Shown here: piece after piece, positions 46,591 through 56,860 of the stretch
Layout of the letters: every line of letters begins with the position of its first letter
Position numbering within the stretch: the stretch's first letter is position 1
Virus record (IMG/VR): IMGVR_UViG_3300045988_119396
Source of the DNA: a virus
DNA length: 64,000 bases
Strand: one strand, 5' to 3'
Notes under the pieces: generated by a model
Told to the model about the DNA's origin: nothing
What the model saw: the letters and a program-made list of their open reading frames with translations, nothing else
The model's database searches: none
Made by a program: the position numbers and the translations under genes

Positions 46591-47745
46591 TTGGCAGAAT
46601 TAGAAAAAGAATTGAAAAGTGGTCAAGCACGTTTTGAAGTGTTTGGCGAATTAAGAGTAAATGAAGACTCATGGGGTGAAGTTAGACAATCAACTTCATC
46701 AACATATAAATATCGTAGAGCTGCTTTGTCCGTAGACTTAGGAGAAGGACGCTCAACTTTCGTAGAATTGATGGGTGGGTATGACCCCAACCGTCCTATC
46801 TTACGTAGACTTTCTAAAACACAAGGCGAAGGCTTAATGGATATTCCCTGGGCTAACCGCCTTAACGAAAACATTGTAGCTAATGTTTCACCACAAAGTT
46901 TATTTTCAGTAGGTAAATTAGACGAAAATGGTAACATCGCTCGTAAAGTTTTTGTATCTGAATTAGACGCTATCGAAGAAATGGAAAAGACCTTTAAGAA
47001 TGGTGACTCAGTTCACATTTGGGGTGATGTTGAATATCATCGCTACAACGGTCAAATCCAAAGACGTCTAAGTATTCGTGGTATCTCTCAAATCGTACCA
47101 GATAGTTCATCAGCTGGTCGCCACGAAGCAACACTTAGACAATCATTCTTATTTTCTAAGAACTCAATTTCCCCAGATTATGAAGATGAATTAGAAGAAA
47201 AAGGTAAGACAACAATTACAGTACACGTACCACAATATGTTGGTAAAGAAGAAGGTGTAGAAGTACGTAAAGTCTTACCATTCCCACAAACATTAGTATA
47301 TAAAGCTAATAATGAAGATGAAATCAAACGTGCAAAATTTGTTATTGAAAAATTCATGACAGTTGAAGATGACGATTTAGTACGTGAAGTTATCTTAGTC
47401 GTTGATATGTATGACGGTGTTGAAACATCTACTGGCGACTTTGAATTAACAGATGATTTGAAAGACTTATTAGATTTAGGTGTGGTTACAGAAGATGAAT
47501 TGAAACGCACATCAACTGTAAGTGGCAAGCGTATTCGTGAAAATATTGTATTAAAACCATACGTATACAAAGACCCACGCACACAACAAATCACAGTAAT
47601 GTCTAAAGACCGTTACGATATTTCAGTCTTAGATACATCTGTTAAGGAAGAAGAACCAGAAGAGGCTTCAATCGCAGATATGTTTGGTGAAAGTGATGTT
47701 GACACACCAAGCGAAAGTGAATTAGATGAATTAGATTTATTCTAA
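46591..47745 (+). CDS. putative ssDNA-binding/annealing protein with SSB-like acidic C-terminal tip (..DELDLF)
   Basis: 384 aa. Adjacent to the Sak4-like ATPase. The C-terminus ESDVDTPSESELDELDLF mimics the SSB DDDIPF tail. Confidence 0.35.
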   Translation: MAELEKELKSGQARFEVFGELRVNEDSWGEVRQSTSSTYKYRRAALSVDLGEGRSTFVELMGGYDPNRPILRRLSKTQGEGLMDIPWANRLNENIVANVSPQSLFSVGKLDENGNIARKVFVSELDAIEEMEKTFKNGDSVHIWGDVEYHRYNGQIQRRLSIRGISQIVPDSSSAGRHEATLRQSFLFSKNSISPDYEDELEEKGKTTITVHVPQYVGKEEGVEVRKVLPFPQTLVYKANNEDEIKRAKFVIEKFMTVEDDDLVREVILVVDMYDGVETSTGDFELTDDLKDLLDLGVVTEDELKRTSTVSGKRIRENIVLKPYVYKDPRTQQITVMSKDRYDISVLDTSVKEEEPEEASIADMFGESDVDTPSESELDELDLF

Positions 47746-47768
47746 ATTAAATTGCGTAACACAAATAA

Positions 47769-48770
47769 ATAATAAGGTGGGATTTAGGAAAAATAGCATT
47801 AAAATTTAGAAAACCAGAAAAGAAGAAAAAAGGTGCAACATTCTTAGTTTACGGAGAAAGTGGTTCTGGCAAGACATTGTTTGCTTTAGGTTTCCCTAAG
47901 TCAGCATACATTGACGCAGAAAATGGTACTACTTTCTATGAAGGTACTGATAAAGCAGAACAAGTAGTAGGTTTCTTGGAAACACAATCATTCAAAGATA
48001 TTACACAACAAACAAAAGAGTTGGTTAAGTTAATGAAGAAAGGTGATAAGACCTTTGAAACATTAGTAATTGACTCTGAAACAAAAATCTACGAAAACTT
48101 ACAAGAAGCATTGTTAACAGTTGATGAAAAGCGTGCTAGAGAAAAAGGTCAAGACGTATTAGACGCAAATATTTCTATGCGTTCTTGGGGTAAGATTAAA
48201 CAAAAGGCACGTTCAATGCAAAACTTGAAGTTACAATTAGCTTCTACTGGTATGAACGTTGTTTCTATTGCACAACCTAAAGACACAATGGAAGATTTAG
48301 GTAATGGCAAGCGTATCAAGGTTGGTATTGAACCAGATATGAAGAAACAAGCTAAATTTGATTATGATGTAGTGTTACGTTTCTATACGGAAGATGGCAA
48401 GTATTATGCACAAGTTGAAAAAGACCGTACAGAAGCACATTTACGAGATGAAATCATTGAAAACCCTAGCTTTGAAGATTGGGCAGAAGTAATTGCAGAC
48501 CGTAAAGATTTAAAGGCGGTTGACGTTGATTACAATGTTGATACAGAAAAAGCTAAGGAAAGTTATGAAAAAGAATTAGATAACGAAGACTTGGATAGTT
48601 TACCAAAGACAGAACAAATCAAGGTTATGTTGGGTAAGTTATCACAAGATGATAAGAAAGAGTTCGCTGGACGAATTAAAACAGAAATTGGTATTACAGG
48701 CACATTAAGTAAAGCTAGTGACGACCAATTAACACAAGCATTAGAACTCCTAAAGACTGATTTTGCTTAA
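47769..48770 (+). CDS. Sak4-like RecA-fold ATPase (AAA_24); 5' end lacks a canonical start codon
   Basis: The Walker A LVYGESGSGKTLFALGFPKSAYIDAENG is encoded upstream of the first ATG/GTG/TTG. The open frame from the stop at 47766 has SD AAGGTGG (47773-47779) but only ATA/TTA-type codons before the P-loop. Confidence 0.5.
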   Translation: MIRWDLGKIALKFRKPEKKKKGATFLVYGESGSGKTLFALGFPKSAYIDAENGTTFYEGTDKAEQVVGFLETQSFKDITQQTKELVKLMKKGDKTFETLVIDSETKIYENLQEALLTVDEKRAREKGQDVLDANISMRSWGKIKQKARSMQNLKLQLASTGMNVVSIAQPKDTMEDLGNGKRIKVGIEPDMKKQAKFDYDVVLRFYTEDGKYYAQVEKDRTEAHLRDEIIENPSFEDWAEVIADRKDLKAVDVDYNVDTEKAKESYEKELDNEDLDSLPKTEQIKVMLGKLSQDDKKEFAGRIKTEIGITGTLSKASDDQLTQALELLKTDFA

Positions 48771-48828
48771 TAAAAAGGGACTCACTTCGATAGTGGGTTC
48801 TTTTCATATTAATAGATAAGGTGGTTTT

Positions 48829-49002
48829 ATGAAAGATTTCAAGAAGATATAAGAATAGCAAAGGCAAAACGGTTGCTGTAAGTGACGAACATCTCGCTGC
48901 TGCGATTAAAATCAAAGAAGAACTACAAAAAGCCAGTCCTGGTAGACGTACAAACTGGAAAGAACACAAAAAGTTGATGATAAAATCAGGATTTTATGAT
49001 AG
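48829..49002 (+). CDS. small ORF (57 aa) overlapping the start of the phosphoesterase gene
   Basis: ATG at 48829 with SD AAGGTGG 5 nt upstream. MKDFRRYKNSKGKTVAVSDEHLAAAIKIKEELQKASPGRRTNWKRTQKVDDKIRIL. Confidence 0.35.
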
Positions 49003-50080
49003 CGACTCAAACGAAAGTTATCGCTGTTTAATCAAAGCTGTACAAAAAGAACGTGGTAGTTTACCAAGTGTAGAGAAACACGCTGATATGTTGTCTAGCA
49101 ACAAGCTACAGGGCTTAAAAGAGAAAATAGGCGAACTACATTACGCTAAGTTTGCTGAGCAACAGGAACGTAGAGAACTAAACAAGGTTAAACGTGATAT
49201 GTCTAAGGGTGCTTTAGTGGCAGATAGTATCAGTAATTTAGTTGCTGATATGAATTTTGCTGAATTACCCAAGAGTAAGATTTACAAAAATCAAGTTAAA
49301 TCGCCTAGTTCATTAATCATCTGCTTATCTGATATTCATTATGGGGCTGATTTCTCAATTCCACAAAACGAATACAACCCAGAAATGTCTGCTAGATTAC
49401 TAGATGAATATGCTGGGAAATTAATTAGTTTCATCAAAATGCGTAAGGATATTATCCACGTACATGTAGTTAATTTAGGTGACTCCATTGAACATGCTCA
49501 AATGCGTCAACAAAATACATTTGAGGTACGTAAGACTGTATCAGAACAAGTCACAGAAATTGCTAGATTGATTTGGAAATTCTTAGCACGATTAAGTGAA
49601 GTAGCGTATGTAACCTATGAAGGTATTGCTGGTAATCATGACAGATTAAATGGTAACTACAAAAATGCTTTAACTGGTGATACAGCCTCCACATTGATTA
49701 ATCAAATCATTCGTAGCTTGGCAGAAGTTACTGATGGACGTGTAGAATATGTCGAGGCTAAAGATTACTACTTTACTGATATTGACTTAATGGGACATAG
49801 CTTTGCTTTTGTGCATGGGGACAAACATAGAGTAGATAGCAATAACAGTGTGTTATCTAAGTTAGGTGACATTCATAATAAGCATTATGACGCTGTAATT
49901 GCGGGACATATTCACCATTACAAGATGACAGAAGTTGGAGAAAATCGTTTCCAAGTTAACTTTGGCTCATTTAAAGGTATTGACCCTTATGCAGTGCAAC
50001 AAGGTTTTGCATCCAGTCGGTCACAAGGAATAATTGTAGTAAACAAAAAAGGCTACGAAATCAGACGTGTAACTCTTTAG
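48977..50080 (+). CDS. calcineurin-like metallophosphoesterase (Mre11/SbcD-like nuclease)
   Basis: Motifs LSDIHYGAD, NLGDSIEH, GNHD, GHIHH. Confidence 0.6.
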   Translation: MIKSGFYDSDSNESYRCLIKAVQKERGSLPSVEKHADMLSSNKLQGLKEKIGELHYAKFAEQQERRELNKVKRDMSKGALVADSISNLVADMNFAELPKSKIYKNQVKSPSSLIICLSDIHYGADFSIPQNEYNPEMSARLLDEYAGKLISFIKMRKDIIHVHVVNLGDSIEHAQMRQQNTFEVRKTVSEQVTEIARLIWKFLARLSEVAYVTYEGIAGNHDRLNGNYKNALTGDTASTLINQIIRSLAEVTDGRVEYVEAKDYYFTDIDLMGHSFAFVHGDKHRVDSNNSVLSKLGDIHNKHYDAVIAGHIHHYKMTEVGENRFQVNFGSFKGIDPYAVQQGFASSRSQGIIVVNKKGYEIRRVTL

Positions 50081-50091
50081 GTAGGTGGAAT

Positions 50092-50943
50092 ATGGCAAAG
50101 AGAGCTAAAACGTGTTTCTACTGTGGTGGAACTTTTGAAGATGAAATGGATATTGTGGAGTTTAGAGTTCCTTATACAAGTGGGAAATCAGCTCACAGAA
50201 GATTTCATGAGAAATGTTTGCCAGAATTTAAGAAGGTATTAGAGGAACAAGGCGGGGAAATCGAATCGGCTTCATATCGTAAGAAGTTGAACGAAAGAAG
50301 AACCGCACAGAAAAAGCCTAATTGTACGTATTGTGGAAGATTGTTCGTTGATACAGACGAGTCATTGGTGTTGTATAACCAGTTTGGTAATAGTTATGGC
50401 AAGTATCACCCTAATTGTTATATCAAGTACATTAACAATATGCAAAATGCAGACTTGAGAAAGCAAGAAAACAAGGAATGGGAAGAAGTGTACGACTACT
50501 TTGCTTATGAAATTCTAAATATGCGACCATCACAAGCAAGAGAGAATAAAGCTATTGTTTATAGGCTTGCAGCATTACGAATTGGTAAGAAAAGACTTAA
50601 CCGAGGTGACGTTATTATGGGTGTTGAGGCTGGTTATTCTTATAAGACTATCCTTTACACTATGAAATATGTTAGAACACAAATCACCGAAGAATTTGCA
50701 AGTCGTAGATTTCATGATATGAACCACAAGATTAACTATGCGATGGTTATCATCTGGAACAACATTGACTTTATTAACGGTAGAGTTAAAGCGATGGAAC
50801 GTCAAAAGGAATTGACTGAAATTGAAACCAAGAAACGCTTGGCAGAAAAAGAGAGATTGAGCAACGTTGAGAAACTACCATATCAACGCAAGTCTAAAAC
50901 AAGTGGTAAAGCTAGATGGGTTTGGCTTGAAGATGAGGAATAA
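50092..50943 (+). CDS. replication-associated protein with two CCHC zinc fingers
   Basis: CFYCGG..(27)..HEKC and CTYCGR..(27)..HPNC. Precedes the helicase gene. Confidence 0.4.
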   Translation: MAKRAKTCFYCGGTFEDEMDIVEFRVPYTSGKSAHRRFHEKCLPEFKKVLEEQGGEIESASYRKKLNERRTAQKKPNCTYCGRLFVDTDESLVLYNQFGNSYGKYHPNCYIKYINNMQNADLRKQENKEWEEVYDYFAYEILNMRPSQARENKAIVYRLAALRIGKKRLNRGDVIMGVEAGYSYKTILYTMKYVRTQITEEFASRRFHDMNHKINYAMVIIWNNIDFINGRVKAMERQKELTEIETKKRLAEKERLSNVEKLPYQRKSKTSGKARWVWLEDEE

Positions 50944-50960
50944 GGAGGCTATGTTTGTAG

Positions 50961-51275
50961 TTGGATAGAACTAGCGAATTAGAGTATGTAAAGCACGAGC
51001 TTGAACGTAACAAGATGTTGTTGCTATCAAGTTTTGGATTAGAAGGTATTGTTAAATCAGAAAACAAGGAACGTATTTTCATGAAGGTTATAGACAATAC
51101 ACATAAATATTTTAATATTTCTAATGGGGAAGTGTTAAACATGTTGTTTAATGCTTTGGAAATTATGTATCGAAGTGATAAAACACTTAAATCATTATAC
51201 GACCCAGAAACATTAAGTAAATTTGCAGCCGAAGAAAAGGCTTATATAACCAATAATTTAATGAAAGTGGGATAG
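50961..51275 (+). CDS. hypothetical protein (possible helicase loader/accessory)
   Basis: 104 aa, immediately upstream of the dnaB-like gene. Confidence 0.35.
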   Translation: MDRTSELEYVKHELERNKMLLLSSFGLEGIVKSENKERIFMKVIDNTHKYFNISNGEVLNMLFNALEIMYRSDKTLKSLYDPETLSKFAAEEKAYITNNLMKVG

Positions 51276-51279
51276 AAAC

Positions 51280-52761
51280 TTGCCAAAAAAAATAGAAGAG
51301 TTGTCAGATTTTGAAAAGAACTTAGTATACGACCAACAACGTGAAGAAGGTCTGTATGTATTATCCATATACAAGGACACAGAATTGTATTATGAATACA
51401 AACTAAAACCAACAATGTTCGCTAGTAAAGGTTGGAAAATGTTCTATGGAATTGCACAAGACTTAATAGATAACGGTGGTGTGCATAAATTAGACGCTGT
51501 TACGGTAGGTACTTATGTATCTGGACAAAGTGATAAATTACAAGAGCTATATAATGCCTTTGGTGGATTTCAAGAAATTGCTGATGGTATGGAATTGGTT
51601 GAAGAAAGCAATATCGAAACATACTACAACAATATTCAAAAATACCAAGTGTTGAGAATTTTGTACAAGAAAGGTTTTCCTATCGAAAGTCAATGGAAGA
51701 ACCTTAAAAGTATGCCTTTGGAAGAACTCAACGACTATTTTACTAATGTAATCAACAATGCTTTTATTGATACAGATAGTCAAAATGAAAAGGTTGGGGA
51801 TATTTTTAGAGGTATGGACGAAATGATAGAGTCCGCTAATCTCGGCAAGGAAGCTGGTTTGCCACTAAAGTCAAAGCTAATGGAAGATATACAACATGGC
51901 TTACGTTTAGGTAATATCACTATGCTGGCAGCTCATTCTGGTGTTGGTAAAAGTTTCTTAACAACATTAATTCATGTTCAATCATGTATTGAAAACAAAG
52001 AACCTGTATTAATTATTGCCAACGAAGAAGACAGAAGTAAATGGCAACAGGAATTGTTGGTTAGATTTATTAATACAAAACATAAGAATGCTTATTTCAA
52101 TAAGAACCGTTTCTTTGATGGTAATTTTTCAGACAAGGAAATGGAATACCTTAAAGAAGCAAGCGATTGGTATAAAGCTAATATCGAAGAAAATACTATA
52201 CGATTTGTAAGCATGGAAAGTTTTAGCATGGCTAAGACAATCAGATTAATTAAGAAGTACGCAACAATGTATGGTGTTAAATACTTTGTGTTAGATACAT
52301 TAAAGTTAGATAATGATACAGGCTCACATGTTAGTGATAAAAGTTGGTTGGTTATGCAACAAAACATGGTTAGATTGTATAACGTTATCAAGGAATCCAG
52401 TTTGAATGTTCATGTCTGGGTTACAGCTCAATTATCTAAAGGTGGACGCAATTCAAGATATTTAGACCAATCACAATTAGGGGTTTCTAAAAATATCATT
52501 GACGTTGCCTCATCTGTTATGTTAGTTCGTGATGTAACTCAAAGTGAAAAAGACCCAGAGGCTAAGGCTTCTGAAAGATTAACAGTGCATAATGCAGCTG
52601 GATATGAAGTTGAATTGCAACCAGAAGAAGATTATGTAATCATATTCTGGGACAAGAACCGTCAAGGAACAACTAATGAACAAGTTGTATTAAAGGTAAA
52701 TCGAGGGTTAAATACCTTTACAGATGTAGGGACTTGTCGTTTAGATAGAGCATTGGTATAA
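51280..52761 (+). CDS. DnaB-family replicative helicase
   Basis: Walker A LAAHSGVGKSFLTT. Walker B FVLDTLK. RecA-like C-terminal domain. TTG start. Confidence 0.65.
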   Translation: MPKKIEELSDFEKNLVYDQQREEGLYVLSIYKDTELYYEYKLKPTMFASKGWKMFYGIAQDLIDNGGVHKLDAVTVGTYVSGQSDKLQELYNAFGGFQEIADGMELVEESNIETYYNNIQKYQVLRILYKKGFPIESQWKNLKSMPLEELNDYFTNVINNAFIDTDSQNEKVGDIFRGMDEMIESANLGKEAGLPLKSKLMEDIQHGLRLGNITMLAAHSGVGKSFLTTLIHVQSCIENKEPVLIIANEEDRSKWQQELLVRFINTKHKNAYFNKNRFFDGNFSDKEMEYLKEASDWYKANIEENTIRFVSMESFSMAKTIRLIKKYATMYGVKYFVLDTLKLDNDTGSHVSDKSWLVMQQNMVRLYNVIKESSLNVHVWVTAQLSKGGRNSRYLDQSQLGVSKNIIDVASSVMLVRDVTQSEKDPEAKASERLTVHNAAGYEVELQPEEDYVIIFWDKNRQGTTNEQVVLKVNRGLNTFTDVGTCRLDRALV

Positions 52762-52768
52762 GAAAAGT

Positions 52769-52794
52769 AGCACTCAAAAACGAGTGCTTTTTTC
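52769..52794 (+). terminator. rho-independent terminator
   Basis: TAGCACTC-aaaaac-GAGTGCT followed by TTTTTTC. Confidence 0.6.
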
Positions 52795-52805
52795 ATTTTT
52801 AATCA

Positions 52806-52865
52806 TTGACTTAATATGTATATATGTTATAATATAATAGTTAAGTTAAGAGTTTAGAGAATAAA
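52806..52865 (+). promoter_or_regulatory. promoter (TTGACT-N17-TATAAT) + conserved leader motif (copy 2)
   Basis: Motif at 52845-52865. Near-identical to 45136-45195. Confidence 0.55.
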
Positions 52866-53062
52866 CAATTAGCTTACAAGCACACAATAAGGAAGGTGAT
52901 TTTCTGCTTAGTAACTCTTTCTACGAGCATTTAAAAAACGCAGAGTATAAGAATGGTTTAGATGTTGAATGGACATTAGATGATAATGACCCAGACCTAG
53001 TATGGTGCAGAGAATATCTAAGCAATCGTTATTTCTATCAAAGATATTTCGCATTTGCAAAT

Positions 53063-53398
53063 ATGGTGATGGAGAACTTAACTCTACGTACAAAACCAAC
53101 TCTCAAGCAAGTCCTTTCTAAATTTGCTGGTAAAAAGACGGACAAGCCATTCATAAAGAAGTTGAAAACAGATAAACACTTCAAAGAATATGCAAGTCTT
53201 GTCAAGAAACACCAAAATCATTACGTATTATCTAGTTCACTCGGCATAGATGATACTACTATCTTTTCTAGTAAGGCAAAAGCCCTTAAATATATCCGTA
53301 CAAATAATTTACAAGGCTATGTTCCTTACCCTTATACCAAGTTACTTTGTAAGAAATACTTGAGAGGGAGGAGGGACATTGATGGAAATTGTAACTGA
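53063..53398 (+). CDS. hypothetical basic protein
   Basis: 111 aa, Lys-rich. Confidence 0.4.
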   Translation: MVMENLTLRTKPTLKQVLSKFAGKKTDKPFIKKLKTDKHFKEYASLVKKHQNHYVLSSSLGIDDTTIFSSKAKALKYIRTNNLQGYVPYPYTKLLCKKYLRGRRDIDGNCN

Positions 53399-53684
53399 TG
53401 AAGGTCGTGGAACTTTTAAGTTAAGACGTGATTTTAACATGGCAAAGTTCAAGTCGATTATTCATTACGAGATGTTCACAACTCTTGACCTTAAAGAGTA
53501 TCACCGTTCCAAAGGTGCTATATCAGCTGTTTTAAGTAAAGATGATGTGGACAGGGCTATTGAGTCTGGTAGACCTATTTTGGTTTATCACGAAACAAGT
53601 AATCATGTAGCAGATATGCTAGATTATTACAACGTTGATGACGCTCAAGCGATGCAAATAGTAAAGGCTGTGAAAAGCTCATGA
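53382..53684 (+). CDS. hypothetical protein
   Basis: ATG at 53382 after SD GGAGG. 100 aa. Confidence 0.45.
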   Translation: MEIVTDEGRGTFKLRRDFNMAKFKSIIHYEMFTTLDLKEYHRSKGAISAVLSKDDVDRAIESGRPILVYHETSNHVADMLDYYNVDDAQAMQIVKAVKSS

Positions 53685-56002
53685 GAGATGGAATTAAATT
53701 TGTAGGAACACTTAATAACTATATTTTTTCTTCCAAAACAAGTGATTTTAAAATTGCTAGTATTAACGTTCTTGATGAGCTAGAAGGCTTATTCAGATAC
53801 AACAATTATGGCAATATCACTCTTAAAGGTGGTATGGAGCTACTACCAAAAACAGAGTATGAAATTGTTGCCTCGTATATTGTTGATAAGAAATATGGTG
53901 AGCAATATAATATCGAGTCATATAAGCGTACACGTGCTATTGAAGATATGAGTACAGAAGACTTTAACGAGTTTATGGCTAGTCTAGGTAATAGTGCTGA
54001 TAAGGTCGCTGAATACTTTGGTGAAAAGACTAAAGATGTTATGAATAAGGCCCTTGAACAAAACGATACCAGTGAACTTGAAAAGGTAAACGGTATTGGT
54101 AAGGTTAAGGCTACAAAGATATTAGATAAGTATGGCAGTCAACGTGATTATAGTATGGCTATTGCAGTGTTTGGTAAGTGGGGTTTTACTCATTCTAAGA
54201 TTAAAACTATCGTTAACAAGTATCGTAACCAAGATTTAGCTATCAAAAAGCTGAATGAAAATCCATACAATCTATATCTTGACCGTATTTCTGGCATAGG
54301 GTTTAAGACTATTGATAACAAAGCGTTAGAAAATGGTATTGCTCCCAATGACAGAAGACGTGTTGAGGCTTATATCTATAATTTCTTTGATGATTTAAGC
54401 ATGTCTGGTGACTCATATATTCCTATTGAAAAGCTACGTAATCATCTACGTACAGAAGTCTACAATGCTGATTTAGATAGTGCTACTAACTTTATCTTAG
54501 ACAATGAAGACTTTAAGATATTCAAAAAAGATGGTGTTAATTGCGTAGCTTTAAGGGAAATATATGAACTTGAGAAGAAAACAGCTTATGAATTATTAAG
54601 GGTTCAAAATGCTTGGGATAACAAAAAGAGTATTGATGATATTGATACCTACATATCAGAAGTCGAAAAGGAACAAGGATGGAAGTATGGTAAGCAACAA
54701 TTAGAAGCTATCCATACCATCGCCACAAACAACGTCTTCTTATTACAAGGTTATTCTGGTACAGGTAAATCATCTTTGCTTAAAGCAGTAGTAAGAGCTA
54801 TGCAAGCTAACAACTTTACAATAGCTCAATGTGCTTTGTCTGGTAAGGCAGCGGATAACTTAACCAAAGTTACAGGGTTGCAAGGTATGACTATTCATAG
54901 ATTATTACAATACAATCCTAGCTCAGACTCCATGTTTAATTATTGGAAGAAGAACCCATTGCCTTATGATGTAATTATTTTAGATGAAGTTTCAATGGTT
55001 AGTTTAGACCTGTTTTATAGTTTGGTTAGTGCAATCAAAGATGGGGCTAAGTTAATCATGGTAGGTGACTCGGGTCAGCTTGACTCAATCGGTATCGGTG
55101 TCATGTCTGGTATTTTGGACTCGCAAGTTATTCCTACAATCACCTTGACTGAAATCCATAGACAAGCAGAAGAAAGTGCCATTATATCTCATTCTATTAC
55201 GTATCGTAAAGGTGCTATGCCAAAGGAAGTAAATAAAGAAGGCTTGTTCCTATGTGGTACTAAAAAGGACTTAGTATATAAGTTACTTGAGAATGAGAAG
55301 GAACATGATGGGCAAGGTAAAGTGGTAGATAATCTAACTCCTAACGCTTTAGTCTTTTTCAAGAAAGCCTTGAGTAAGTATGAAGTAAAGGATATACAGA
55401 TTATCACACAAACTACAAAGAATTGTAATGCGTTAAATGCACTTTGCCAACAGATTGCTAACCCTAAGAATAGGGAAAAGGAAGAGTATGTCGTTTCATT
55501 CCAAAACAAAGATGATGATTATGTTTTACGTGTAGGTGATAAGGTTATCAATACAGTAAACAATAGACGTACTGTTTCTGCTGAAAAAGGCAATCCTATT
55601 ACACCTATCTATAATGGCAACACTGGAATAATCGAGTCTATTACAAAGCAAGTTGACGAAGATGGCGATGAATATATCGAGTCTGTAATCAACTTTGACG
55701 GTATCGGTAGGGTTCTTTTGAGCAGTGCCGATTTGAGAAGTATTAGACTTGGTTATGCAATTACAGTACATAAGTCACAGGGTTCAACTATCCCATGTGT
55801 GATTGTAGTATTACCATTCCAATTCATGTTAAACAGTCGTGAGTTGGTTTATACAGCTATTACACGTACAAGTGAATTATGTTTTGTAATTTCCAGTTAT
55901 GCTACTTTGGCTAAGGCTATTAAGAAGTCTACAAACAAGGTGCATAAAACAAATCTATCTGCATTCATGTCTTTGGAAGCTAGAAAGAGAGGTGAAATTT
56001 AG
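53681..56002 (+). CDS. RecD/TraA-family (SF1) DNA helicase
   Basis: Walker A LLQGYSGTGKSSL. Walker B VIILDEVSMV. GDSGQLDSIG. TVHKSQGST. HhH-like N-terminal region. Confidence 0.7.
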   Translation: MRDGIKFVGTLNNYIFSSKTSDFKIASINVLDELEGLFRYNNYGNITLKGGMELLPKTEYEIVASYIVDKKYGEQYNIESYKRTRAIEDMSTEDFNEFMASLGNSADKVAEYFGEKTKDVMNKALEQNDTSELEKVNGIGKVKATKILDKYGSQRDYSMAIAVFGKWGFTHSKIKTIVNKYRNQDLAIKKLNENPYNLYLDRISGIGFKTIDNKALENGIAPNDRRRVEAYIYNFFDDLSMSGDSYIPIEKLRNHLRTEVYNADLDSATNFILDNEDFKIFKKDGVNCVALREIYELEKKTAYELLRVQNAWDNKKSIDDIDTYISEVEKEQGWKYGKQQLEAIHTIATNNVFLLQGYSGTGKSSLLKAVVRAMQANNFTIAQCALSGKAADNLTKVTGLQGMTIHRLLQYNPSSDSMFNYWKKNPLPYDVIILDEVSMVSLDLFYSLVSAIKDGAKLIMVGDSGQLDSIGIGVMSGILDSQVIPTITLTEIHRQAEESAIISHSITYRKGAMPKEVNKEGLFLCGTKKDLVYKLLENEKEHDGQGKVVDNLTPNALVFFKKALSKYEVKDIQIITQTTKNCNALNALCQQIANPKNREKEEYVVSFQNKDDDYVLRVGDKVINTVNNRRTVSAEKGNPITPIYNGNTGIIESITKQVDEDGDEYIESVINFDGIGRVLLSSADLRSIRLGYAITVHKSQGSTIPCVIVVLPFQFMLNSRELVYTAITRTSELCFVISSYATLAKAIKKSTNKVHKTNLSAFMSLEARKRGEI

Positions 56003-56385
56003 TGACAAAACCATATCGTTGGTATAAAGGTGAACCTGTTATCATGAAAAAAGTCTATTACATAGGCAATCAAATGTTTACTAGATTGGAACACTTCTAT
56101 ACTAAGGAGGTAATTCCAGCAGTTGATGTTCATGATGTTAAAGATACTTGTGAAGAAAGCCTAGAAATTGCTAGTGATTTACAGGAAGAACCGAAGCAAG
56201 AAGAACAAACACAAGTCAATAAGATTAAGTTTACTGATGTAAATGGTAATGAAAATGCGTTTGAAGAAAACAGCAAAGAATACCAAAAGTTTGTTGATGA
56301 TAACAAGCTAAAAGATGAGTTTATTGGACGTGTCTTAGATGGCAAAATCAATAAACATAAAGGTTTTAATATCGAACGTGTATAG
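56002..56385 (+). CDS. hypothetical acidic protein
   Basis: 127 aa, translationally coupled to the helicase gene. Confidence 0.4.
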   Translation: MTKPYRWYKGEPVIMKKVYYIGNQMFTRLEHFYTKEVIPAVDVHDVKDTCEESLEIASDLQEEPKQEEQTQVNKIKFTDVNGNENAFEENSKEYQKFVDDNKLKDEFIGRVLDGKINKHKGFNIERV

Positions 56386-56860
56386 CCTTAACATTCGGGA
56401 AGTGTGCAAGGTTGTGAGATGTTTGATGATTATGAAACGTCTGAATTATTAGATGTACTCAATTACATTTTACGTTCTGGGAGATGGAAAGAGTTAGAGT
56501 ATGTCTATTCAGAGTTAGTTTTAGAGCTACGGAAGCGTAGTGAGTTGTTGGGTATGATTTATTAAAAGGTATAAAAATAGGATAGCCTTATCAGAAATCA
56601 GCTATCCTAGAACATCGTGAGTGTACCGACCCTTTTTAATTCCGAACATTTGATTAAATTACAGATGGAAATAGAAAGGTGTTTTTGACATTTTTCGTTT
56701 CAGTTTCAGTATGTTAAATCAATTAGAAGTACACTCGGTTCATGCCTATTATACCTTACATTCATTACGTTTTCTATACAAAATTAAGAAGCGATGTTAA
56801 TCGTGGATAAGCAAGTCGTAAGACTGAAAGCTAAAGAGAAGAAAGAAGAGGTAATTCATT

